DNA from: Candidatus Latescibacterota bacterium
GTDB taxonomy: Bacteria; Latescibacterota; CBDEFO01
Direction: 5' to 3'
NCBI GenBank assembly: GCA_965248755.1
Contig: OZ252149.1
Coordinates: 2,496,001 to 2,560,000 of the forward strand
Length of the DNA: 64,000 nt
The first letter of the stretch is position 1. Every line of letters begins with the position of its first letter. Positions 28,185 to 37,077 of the stretch are shown piece after piece. The notes under the pieces were generated by a model. The model searched no databases and was not told where the DNA came from. It worked only from the letters and a program-made list of their open reading frames with translations. Position numbers and translations under genes: made by a program.

Positions 28185-30518
28185 ATGTATAGCTTCTCAG
28201 GAATCGCCTTGCCGATCACATCTATTCTGATTGCGCTTTCAACTGCTTTCCCTTGCTCTGCTCAACAGCCGGTCACCAGTGCCCGCGCCTTGGGGATGGG
28301 AGAGACCTTCCTGGCGATAGCTGACGATGGAAACGCGCTGTTCTACAATCCCGCAGGACTGCCCTCGTTGGGGCACCATGAGATTGTCAGCGGATACGCC
28401 GATCTGTTCGGGATCGGGATAACGAACAACACTATAGGATATGTCTTCCCTGTAGCTAACAACTACGCCCTTGGGTTCAACTGGGCGCACCTGAACTTTG
28501 AGGATTCCGAATTGGGTTATAAGAAGGACAACTTCAAGTTATCCTACGGGCATAGGGTCTGGAAGGAACTGTCCTTGGGATCTTCTTTAAGATATATCAC
28601 CACAGATATGATCCTGGACTCAAACTCGTTGGGAAAAGCCTCTGGATGGGGGTTGGATATGAGTTTTCTGTATGCCCCGGTCAAGTGGCTGAAATTTGGG
28701 GTGGTGGTGCAGGATGTGACAGATACCAAAGTGGAGTATGATGACGGGGGGACTGAGGTGATTGATCCCAGATCGTTCCAGGTGGGGACGGCCTATCGGC
28801 CGATGAAGGATCTGACAGTGGCATTGGATGTGGATGATCAGCTCCATTTCGGCGGAGAGTACTGGCTCAGTGATAATATGCTGGGACTGAGAGGCGGTCT
28901 ACAGAAGGATCTGGATACCTCGGAGCCGATGACGTATTCTGGTGGAGCGAGCATCCGCTATAAGCTGTTCCAGTTTGACTACGCCTATGTCGTACCGCCG
29001 ACACTGCCCTCCAGCCATCGCTTCTCCCTGTCTCTCTCCTTCAACTTGTATCCTTCTATGGTTCGAATCACAGAGACAAAGATAAATAACCTGTTTCCGG
29101 CGTTCCACAAGCGCTATGGTGTGCATCCATTGGGGAATGTGAAATTGGTCAACAGGGACGACAAGCCCTATCAGACTATGGTAAGCTTCTATATCCCCAA
29201 GCTGATGGACGCTCCGACCGAACAGCAGGTTATCATCCGGCCGAAGGAGACGAAGGAGGTTGGGCTTAAAGGGGTCTTTTCCAGTTCCATCACCGATTTG
29301 ACCGAGGATATACTGACGCAGGCGGAAGTCAGGGTCTCCTATACGACAGAGCGCAAGACGAGGTCGGACAGGGAGTCGGCCAGTTTCTATGTCTACAGTC
29401 GCAATGCGACTAGTTGGGACGATCTGGGGAAGGCAGCAGCCTTTATCACATCCACCGACCCGATCATAGCAGGTTTCGCCCGGCCGACGTTGGTCTCCTT
29501 TGAGGAGGAGATCAAGAACCTGGGACGTGGCAGTAGGAATCTGATCAGGGCGATGGTGCTCTTCGATGCGGTGAACGAGTACGGGGTGCGCTACATCGCT
29601 GATTCCAACAATCCCTACTCCCGGACATCTGCGGACATATCCGCTGTGGACAACATTCAGTATCCTGTTGAGGTGTTGAGGAAGAAGTCGGGGGACTGTG
29701 ACGATCTCACCGTGCTCTATTGCGCTCTTTTGGAGAACGTCGGTATTCCCACGGCGTTGGTGGATGCCCCTGGACACATCTATATGATGTTCGACAGCGG
29801 CGTTCCTATTGAAAAGGCCTACAGTCTCCCGATAGGCGAGAAACTGTATGTTGTTCGGAACGGCAATATTTGGATCCCTGTGGAGATCACCTTGTTCGGG
29901 AAATCGTTTATCGAGGCCTGGCGGTCCGGGGCAGGTGAATCCGCAAGTCTCATAGAGGAGGACGTCCTCAGGGTAGTGGACACTTCGGATGCGTGGCAGG
30001 AGTATGAACCCTCCCCTCCTAAATTTGAGGAGGAGATTTCCGTGCCAACCAAGGAAGATATAAAGGGAGCTTTCTCCCTGGATCGGTCGGGCTTGAAGGA
30101 GATGATAAATGCCTTTATAGAGCGCACCCACCTTGGGCCTCTGGGGGAGAGGCCGGAAGATTTTGACCTGCGGTTCAAGCTTGCCCGGATCTACACAGCG
30201 ATCCGTGAGTACGACCGTTCGGTCTCCGAATATCAACAGCTCTTAGAGTCAGGTGCGGATCCTGCTCGGGTATATAACAATATGGGGAGACCCTACTTTT
30301 TGAAAGGCAAAGTAAGGGATGCGGCTGAAAGCTTCAAGCAGGCTTTGGACCTGGATCCGACCGATGAGGGGGTCAAAAACAACTTTGAGTTGGCAATGTC
30401 ATTTCTGGGGGAGGAAGAGCGGATAGCCTTTGCAAGCGAGATCGGCGTATCCGTGCCTGAGGGGCTGAAGGCAGCCGACTTTGAGGTTGATGAGGAGAGC
30501 TTCTACTGGAGGGATTAG
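28185..30518 (+). CDS. PorV/UPF0164-like beta-barrel fused to Ig-like, transglutaminase-like and TPR domains
   Basis: SARALGMGE..AIADD.NALFYNPAGL to FDYAY..HRFSL barrel; SGDCDDL..ALLE..GHIY..WIPVE; C-terminal TPRs. Confidence 0.82.
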   Translation: MYSFSGIALPITSILIALSTAFPCSAQQPVTSARALGMGETFLAIADDGNALFYNPAGLPSLGHHEIVSGYADLFGIGITNNTIGYVFPVANNYALGFNWAHLNFEDSELGYKKDNFKLSYGHRVWKELSLGSSLRYITTDMILDSNSLGKASGWGLDMSFLYAPVKWLKFGVVVQDVTDTKVEYDDGGTEVIDPRSFQVGTAYRPMKDLTVALDVDDQLHFGGEYWLSDNMLGLRGGLQKDLDTSEPMTYSGGASIRYKLFQFDYAYVVPPTLPSSHRFSLSLSFNLYPSMVRITETKINNLFPAFHKRYGVHPLGNVKLVNRDDKPYQTMVSFYIPKLMDAPTEQQVIIRPKETKEVGLKGVFSSSITDLTEDILTQAEVRVSYTTERKTRSDRESASFYVYSRNATSWDDLGKAAAFITSTDPIIAGFARPTLVSFEEEIKNLGRGSRNLIRAMVLFDAVNEYGVRYIADSNNPYSRTSADISAVDNIQYPVEVLRKKSGDCDDLTVLYCALLENVGIPTALVDAPGHIYMMFDSGVPIEKAYSLPIGEKLYVVRNGNIWIPVEITLFGKSFIEAWRSGAGESASLIEEDVLRVVDTSDAWQEYEPSPPKFEEEISVPTKEDIKGAFSLDRSGLKEMINAFIERTHLGPLGERPEDFDLRFKLARIYTAIREYDRSVSEYQQLLESGADPARVYNNMGRPYFLKGKVRDAAESFKQALDLDPTDEGVKNNFELAMSFLGEEERIAFASEIGVSVPEGLKAADFEVDEESFYWRD

Positions 30519-30553
30519 GGGGCGCTGATCTACCCCGACGAAAGGAGCAAGAG

Positions 30554-33500
30554 ATGCACAGGGATATTTGTAGGATAGCTCTAACGGCGGTCATCGCCGT
30601 TGTCCTCTACGTCACACCTGCAGGGGCGGCAAAGTGGAGGACATACACTACAGAAGATGGTCTGGCGAGCAACCATGTCTATGCGAGCTTGGAGGACAGA
30701 GAGGGCAACCTGTGGTTTGGAACTGAAGGGGGTGTGAGCCGCTATGATGGGATGTGGACAACCTACACCACAGCAGATGGGCTGGCGTACAACTCGGTCC
30801 GTTCGATCTTAGAGGATAGTGAGGGTAACTTGTGGTTTGGCACTGATAATGGAACTGTGAGCCGCTATGATGGCGTGAAATGGACGACCTTCACCTCAGA
30901 AGATGGTCTACCATTCAACCCGGTAAGTCCAGCTGGTCTACCATTCGACCCGATAATTAGGAGCTTGGAGGACAGAGAGGGCAACCTGTGGTTTGGATTA
31001 GGATTCGGTGGGGGCTTGAGCCGTTATGATGGGGAAAGGTGGACAACCTACACCAAAGCAGATGGCCTGGGAGGCAACAACGTGTTGGCGCTCTTGGAAG
31101 ATAGTGAGGGCAACTTGTGGTTTGGAACTAGACGGGGCGGCGTGAGCCGCTATGATGGGGAAAGATGGAGGACCTTCACCACAGTTGATGGCCTGGTACA
31201 CAACCGGGTCCTTTCGATCTTAGAGGATAGAAAGGGTAACTTGTGGTTTGGAACTAGTAGAGGTGTGAGCCGCTATGACGGGGAAAGATGGACGACCTAC
31301 ACCACAGAAGATGGCCTGGCGGAGAACTGGGTCAATACGATCTCTGAGGATAGTGAGGGCAACCTGTGGTTTGGAACTATATTTGGAGGCGTGAGCCGCT
31401 ATGACGGGGAAAGATGGACGACCTACACCACAGAAGATGGCCTGGCGGACAACTGGGTCAATACGATCTATGAGGATAGTGAGGGCAATCTGTGGTTTGG
31501 CACTCAGAATGGAGGCGTGAGCCGCTATGATGAGACATGGACAACCTACACCACAGTTGATGGCCTAGCGGACAACTCGGTCAGAGCAATCTTAGAGGAT
31601 AGCGAGGGCAATTTGTGGTTTGGGACTTTTGGGGGCGGTGTGAGCCGCTATGATGGGGAGAGATGGACGACCTACACTACATCAGATGGCTTGGCGGGCA
31701 ACCGGGTCTATACAATCTTTGAGGATAGTGCGGGCAATCTGTGGTTTGGAATTGGTGGAGGCGTGAGCCGCTATGATGGGGAAAGATGGATGACCTACAC
31801 CAGAAAAGATGGCTTGGCGGGCAACACGGTCTATTCGATCTTGGAGGATAGTGCGGGCAATCTGTGGTTTGGTACTTTTGCGTTCGGCGTGATCAGCTAT
31901 GATGGGGAGAGATGGACAACCTTCTCCACACGTGATGGCCTAGCAGACAACAATGTCTATACAATCTTGGAGGATAGAGAGGGCAATTTGTGGTTTGGTA
32001 CTTTTGGAGGTGTGAGTCGCTATGATGGGGAGAGATGGACAACCTTCTCCACACCTGATGTCCTAGCAGACAACAGAGTCCATGCGATCTTGGAGGATAG
32101 TGCGGGCAATCTGTGGTTTGGGACTTTTGGGGGCGGTGTGAGCCGCTATGATGGGGAGAAGTGGACGACCTTCTCCACACCTGATGGCCTGGCGGGCAAC
32201 CGGGTCATGGTGATCTTTGAGGACAGGGAAGGCAATCTGTGGTTTGGAACTATATTTGGAGGCGTGAGCCGCTATGATGGGGAAAGGTGGACGACCTTCA
32301 CTACAAAAGATGGTCTGGCACACAACCAGGTCGAGGCGATCATAGAGGATAGTGTAGGCAACCTGTGGTTTGGTACTGAAAGTGGAGGGGTAACCAGATA
32401 CAAAGGTGACAGGACACCGCCCAACACATTTATCTTAGATGGTCCAGATGGAATGATCGGCGCCCCACAAGCTTTCTTCGAATATAGTGGCGGGGATAGG
32501 TTTTCACCAGACGCGGATTTGCAATTTGCGTATGCCATCAAGAGCAATCGGGACAGGCCCAGTGAAGACGATTGGTCGATCTTTTCAGATATTAGCTCTA
32601 CCCTCACAGATCGCTTCCCCAATGGGACCTACACTTTCTACGTACGGGGAAGGGACGAAGTGGGAAACATAGATCCCACTCCAGCCGGGAGAACGTTCAC
32701 TGTGGATTTAACCCCGCCGATAGTGGCGATCAGTTCCCCATCGAGCAACGAAATTATTCATGGTAATGTAAACATCCGGGGCTCGGCCTTCGACAACTCC
32801 GATATCCCCGACTTTGCGAGCTATACGTTGGAATACGGGAAAGGAGCAGATGAGGATAAGATATCAGAATGGCGCAGTATAAGGGATAGCGCCGTGAAGC
32901 CTGTCGTAAATGACCTTTTAGGTGTGTGGGACACCGAAGGGATATTCGGCACCTATGTCCTCAGGCTTGGAGCTGTGGACGGCTTCGATCACAGGAGCAA
33001 GTATGCCATCACCGTCCACGTGGTTGCGGCAGCTGTTGAGGTAGATCGCAGTAGTGGAGGACATATCACCGATTCAGCGAGCAAGGTGGATCTCTACATC
33101 CCCCCCAACGGTATTCCCAAGAGCACGCAGGTGACGATCACTCCCGTTGCGCTTGAAGGTGTCGCAAAGCCCTCTGCTCTGAATTTGCGCCTTATTGGGT
33201 TGGCCTACGACATCGGTCCGAAGGATCTTGCAGTCCTGAAACCTGCAACCTTTACGATATTCCTCAATGAAGACGACATACAGGAGGTGCCAGATCTTGG
33301 GAAGTTGGCAATCTTCACCCGGTCATCTGCGGACAGTCCCTGGGAGAGAGTCGGCGGCACGGTCGATGAGAGGACGGGGAAGATGACAGTAGCCCTCATA
33401 CACTTTGGGAGATTTGCATTGATGGAGGACCTTTCTGTGGATGAGGGGAGTCTGTCCATTTCGGATGTGAACTGTCAGCCGAGGGTCTTCTCCCCAAAGG

Positions 33501-33757
33501 GCGGCGGCTACGACACCAAGACCACGATATCCTTTAATCTTGGAAGAAGGTCAGCGGTTACAGTGAAGGTCTACGATGTCTCAGGACGGTTCAAAAGAAA
33601 GTTGGTCGAGGACAGCGAAATGAATCGAGGGAGTAATGCGGTGGAATGGGAGGGGAGGGATCATGACGGGGAGGTAGTAGTAAGTGGACTCTACGTGGTG
33701 GCTGTGGAAGCTGATGGGAAGCTGGAGACTAAGACAGTTGGGGTGTTGAATAAGTGA
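30554..33757 (+). CDS. Secreted Reg_prop beta-propeller (14 blades) + Ig-like + ZU5-like + FlgD-type C-terminal domain
   Basis: Signal peptide; 14 repeats of WTT.T..DGL..N.V..I.ED.EGNLWFGT.GGVSRYDG; C-terminal PRVFSP..VKVYD..WEGRD..SGLY. Confidence 0.85.
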   Translation: MHRDICRIALTAVIAVVLYVTPAGAAKWRTYTTEDGLASNHVYASLEDREGNLWFGTEGGVSRYDGMWTTYTTADGLAYNSVRSILEDSEGNLWFGTDNGTVSRYDGVKWTTFTSEDGLPFNPVSPAGLPFDPIIRSLEDREGNLWFGLGFGGGLSRYDGERWTTYTKADGLGGNNVLALLEDSEGNLWFGTRRGGVSRYDGERWRTFTTVDGLVHNRVLSILEDRKGNLWFGTSRGVSRYDGERWTTYTTEDGLAENWVNTISEDSEGNLWFGTIFGGVSRYDGERWTTYTTEDGLADNWVNTIYEDSEGNLWFGTQNGGVSRYDETWTTYTTVDGLADNSVRAILEDSEGNLWFGTFGGGVSRYDGERWTTYTTSDGLAGNRVYTIFEDSAGNLWFGIGGGVSRYDGERWMTYTRKDGLAGNTVYSILEDSAGNLWFGTFAFGVISYDGERWTTFSTRDGLADNNVYTILEDREGNLWFGTFGGVSRYDGERWTTFSTPDVLADNRVHAILEDSAGNLWFGTFGGGVSRYDGEKWTTFSTPDGLAGNRVMVIFEDREGNLWFGTIFGGVSRYDGERWTTFTTKDGLAHNQVEAIIEDSVGNLWFGTESGGVTRYKGDRTPPNTFILDGPDGMIGAPQAFFEYSGGDRFSPDADLQFAYAIKSNRDRPSEDDWSIFSDISSTLTDRFPNGTYTFYVRGRDEVGNIDPTPAGRTFTVDLTPPIVAISSPSSNEIIHGNVNIRGSAFDNSDIPDFASYTLEYGKGADEDKISEWRSIRDSAVKPVVNDLLGVWDTEGIFGTYVLRLGAVDGFDHRSKYAITVHVVAAAVEVDRSSGGHITDSASKVDLYIPPNGIPKSTQVTITPVALEGVAKPSALNLRLIGLAYDIGPKDLAVLKPATFTIFLNEDDIQEVPDLGKLAIFTRSSADSPWERVGGTVDERTGKMTVALIHFGRFALMEDLSVDEGSLSISDVNCQPRVFSPKGGGYDTKTTISFNLGRRSAVTVKVYDVSGRFKRKLVEDSEMNRGSNAVEWEGRDHDGEVVVSGLYVVAVEADGKLETKTVGVLNK

Positions 33758-36700
33758 TTTCGGTACTGTGCATACTCAAGGAACGAGGTCACAGGCAGTT
33801 GCTTTGTCGTATAGCTCTAACGGCGGTCATCACCGTTGTCCTCTACGCCACACCTGCAAGGGCGGGAAAGTGGACGACCTACACCACAGCTGATGGCCTG
33901 CTAAGCAACTCGGTCGACGCGATCTTTGAGGATGGTGACGGCAACCTGTGGTTTGTAGGTGACTTGTTTGCAGGTGAAGAAAGAGGTGTGAGCCGCTATG
34001 ATGGGACTTGGACAACCTTCACCACAGCTGATGGCCTGGCGGACAACTTGCTCGGTTCGATCTTGGAGGACAGTGAGGGCAACCTGTGGTTTGGAAGCTT
34101 AAAGGGTGTGAGCCGCTATGATGAGACTTGGACAACCTTCACCACAGCTGATGGACTGGCTAACAACTCGGTCGGTTCGATCTTGGAGGACAGAGAGGGC
34201 AATCTATGGTTTCGGACTGAACGGGGTGTGAGCCGCTATGATGGGGAAAGGTGGACGACCTTCACCACAGCAGATGGCCTGGCGAGCAACTCGGTCAGGG
34301 CAATGTTGGAAGACAGTGAAGGCAACCTGTGGTTTGGAACTAGAGAAGGCGTGAGCCGCTATGATGGGGAGAGATGGACAACCTTCACCGCAACAGGTGG
34401 CCTGGCGCACAAGTCGGTCAGGGCGATGTTGGAAGACAGGGAGGGCAACCTGTGGTTTGGAACTAATGAGGGCGTGAGCCGCTATGATGAAACATGGACG
34501 ACCTACACTACATCAGATGGCCTGGCGGACAATTTGCTCGGTTCGATCTTGGAGGACAGTGAGGGCAACCTGTGGTTTCGAAGCTTAGAGGAGGGTGTGA
34601 GCCGCTATGATGGGGAAAGGTGGACGACCTTCACCACAGCAGATGGCCTGGCGAGCAACTCGGTCAGGGCAATGTTGGAAGACAGTGAAGGCAACCTGTG
34701 GTTTGGAACTAGAGAAGGCGTGAGCCGCTATGATGGGGAGAGATGGACAACCTTCACCGCAACAGATGTCCTGGCGCACAAGTCGGTCTGGAGAATGTTG
34801 GAAGACAGGGAGGGCAACTTGTGGTTTGGAACTAATGAGGGCGTGAGCCGCTATGATGAAACATGGACGACCTACACTACATCAGATGGCCTGGCAGACA
34901 AATCGGTCAATTCGATCTTGGGGGATAGAGAGGGCAATTTGTGGTTTGGTACTTTTGGAGGTGTGAGTAGCTATGATGGGGAGAGATGGACGACCTACAC
35001 CAGAAAAGATGGCCTGGCGGGTAACGTGGTTTTGACGATCTTGGAGGATAGTGCGGGTAACTTGTGGTTTGGAACTTTACAGGGTGTGGGTGTAAGCCGT
35101 TATGATGGGGAAAAGTGGACGACCTACAACACAGCTGATGGTCTGGCGAGTAACGCGGTCCTTTCGATCTTGGAGGATAGTGCGGGCAATCTGTGGTTTG
35201 GTACTTTTGCGTTCGGCGTAAGCCGTTATGATGGGAAAAAGTGGACGACCTACAACACAAAAGATGGCCTGGCGCATAACCAGGTCGGTTCGATCTTTGA
35301 GGATAGTGAGGGCAACCTGTGGTTTGGAACTAGAGGAGGCGTGAGCCGCTATGATGGGGAGAGATGGACAACCTTCTCCACAGCTGATGGCCTAGCACAC
35401 AACATTGTCTATACAATCTTTGAGGATAGAGAGGGCAACTTGTGGTTTGCAACTGGTGGTGGCGCGAGTCGCTATGATGGGGAAAGGTGGACGACTTACA
35501 CTACAGAAGATGGCCTGGCGAACAACATTGTCTTGACGATCTTGAAAGACAGTGAGGGCAACTTATGGTTTGGAACTGTGGGGGGTGTGAGTCGCTATGA
35601 TGGGGAAAGGTGGACGACCTACACTACAGAAGATGGCCTGGCGGACAACTATGTCAATGCGATTTTTGAGGACAGTGAGGGCAAGTTGTGGTTTGGAACT
35701 CTTGAAGGGGTAACCAGATACAGAGTTGACAGATCGCCGCCAAACACATTTATCTTCGATGGGCCAAAAGGAATAATCGGCATCCCACAGGCTTTCTTCC
35801 AATACAGTGGGGGGGATAGGTATTTGCCAGGGGCGGATGTGCAATATGCGTATGCCATCAAGAGCGATCGGAACAGACCTATAGAAGAGGATTGGTCAAG
35901 CTTTACACATCTCACCTCTACCCTTACAGATCCTCTTTCCAACGGCACCTACACATTCTACGTACGGGCAAGTGACAAAGCGGGAAACTTCGATATTAGC
36001 CCCGCTAAAAAGACTTTCACCGTGGATTTAACAGCCCCGACGGTGCTGATTACTTCTCCATCGAACGACGAGATCATTCATGGAGAGATGAGCATCAAGG
36101 GCTCGGCCTTCGACAACTCTGATAAACCCGACTTTGGTAGCTATACGTTGGAATACGGGAAGGGGACAGATGAGGACAAGATATCAGAATGGCGCAGTAT
36201 AAGGGATAGCGCCGTGAAGCCTGTAATAAACGACCTTTTAGGTGTGTGGGACACCGAAGTGCTATTCGGCACCTATGTTCTCCGGCTGAGAGCTGTGGAC
36301 GGCTTCGATCACAGGAGCAAGTATGCCATCACCGTCCACGTGGTTGCGGCAGCCGTTGAGGTAGATCACAGTAGTGGAGGACATATCACCGATTCTGCGA
36401 GCAAGGTGGATCTCTACATTCCCCCCAACGGTATTCCCAAGAGCACGCAGGTGACGATCACTCCCGTTGCGCTTGAAGGTGTCGCGAAGCCCTCTGCTCT
36501 GAATTTGCGCCTTATTGGGATGGCATACGACATCGGTCCGAAGGATCTTGCGGTCCTGAAACCTGCAACCTTTACGATATTCCTCAATGAAAACGACATA
36601 CAGGACGTGCCAGATCTTGGGAAGTTGGCAATCTTTACCCGGTCACCAGCGGACAGTCCTTGGGAGAGAGTCGGCGGCACGGTGGATGAGAGGACGGGGA

Positions 36701-37077
36701 AGATCACAGTCGCCCTCACACACTTTGGGAGATTTGCAGTGATGGAGGACCTTTCTGCGGATGAGGGGAGTCTGTCCATTTCGGATGTAAACTGTCAGCC
36801 GAGGGTCTTTTCTCCAAAGGGCGGCGGCTACGACACCAAGACCACGATATCCTTTAATCTTGGAAGAAGGTCAGCGGTTACAGTGAAGGTTTACGATGTC
36901 TCAGGACGGTTCAAAAGAAAGTTGGTCGAGGACAGCGAAATGAATCGAGGGAGCAATGCGGTGGAATGGGAGGGGAGGGATCATGACGGGGAGGTAGTAG
37001 TAAGTGGACTCTACGTGGTGGCTGTGGAAGCTGATGGGAAGGCGGAAACCAAGACAGTGGGGGTATTGAATAAGTGA
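33754..37077 (+). CDS. Paralog 2 of the secreted beta-propeller protein (15 blades)
   Basis: Same architecture; C-terminal third nearly identical to paralog 1. Confidence 0.85.
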   Translation: MISVLCILKERGHRQLLCRIALTAVITVVLYATPARAGKWTTYTTADGLLSNSVDAIFEDGDGNLWFVGDLFAGEERGVSRYDGTWTTFTTADGLADNLLGSILEDSEGNLWFGSLKGVSRYDETWTTFTTADGLANNSVGSILEDREGNLWFRTERGVSRYDGERWTTFTTADGLASNSVRAMLEDSEGNLWFGTREGVSRYDGERWTTFTATGGLAHKSVRAMLEDREGNLWFGTNEGVSRYDETWTTYTTSDGLADNLLGSILEDSEGNLWFRSLEEGVSRYDGERWTTFTTADGLASNSVRAMLEDSEGNLWFGTREGVSRYDGERWTTFTATDVLAHKSVWRMLEDREGNLWFGTNEGVSRYDETWTTYTTSDGLADKSVNSILGDREGNLWFGTFGGVSSYDGERWTTYTRKDGLAGNVVLTILEDSAGNLWFGTLQGVGVSRYDGEKWTTYNTADGLASNAVLSILEDSAGNLWFGTFAFGVSRYDGKKWTTYNTKDGLAHNQVGSIFEDSEGNLWFGTRGGVSRYDGERWTTFSTADGLAHNIVYTIFEDREGNLWFATGGGASRYDGERWTTYTTEDGLANNIVLTILKDSEGNLWFGTVGGVSRYDGERWTTYTTEDGLADNYVNAIFEDSEGKLWFGTLEGVTRYRVDRSPPNTFIFDGPKGIIGIPQAFFQYSGGDRYLPGADVQYAYAIKSDRNRPIEEDWSSFTHLTSTLTDPLSNGTYTFYVRASDKAGNFDISPAKKTFTVDLTAPTVLITSPSNDEIIHGEMSIKGSAFDNSDKPDFGSYTLEYGKGTDEDKISEWRSIRDSAVKPVINDLLGVWDTEVLFGTYVLRLRAVDGFDHRSKYAITVHVVAAAVEVDHSSGGHITDSASKVDLYIPPNGIPKSTQVTITPVALEGVAKPSALNLRLIGMAYDIGPKDLAVLKPATFTIFLNENDIQDVPDLGKLAIFTRSPADSPWERVGGTVDERTGKITVALTHFGRFAVMEDLSADEGSLSISDVNCQPRVFSPKGGGYDTKTTISFNLGRRSAVTVKVYDVSGRFKRKLVEDSEMNRGSNAVEWEGRDHDGEVVVSGLYVVAVEADGKAETKTVGVLNK

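Noticed and set aside
28899..30236. 445-aa minus-strand ORF (also 37965..38891 and 41847..42548)
   Set aside because: Antisense to well-supported genes and without recognisable motifs
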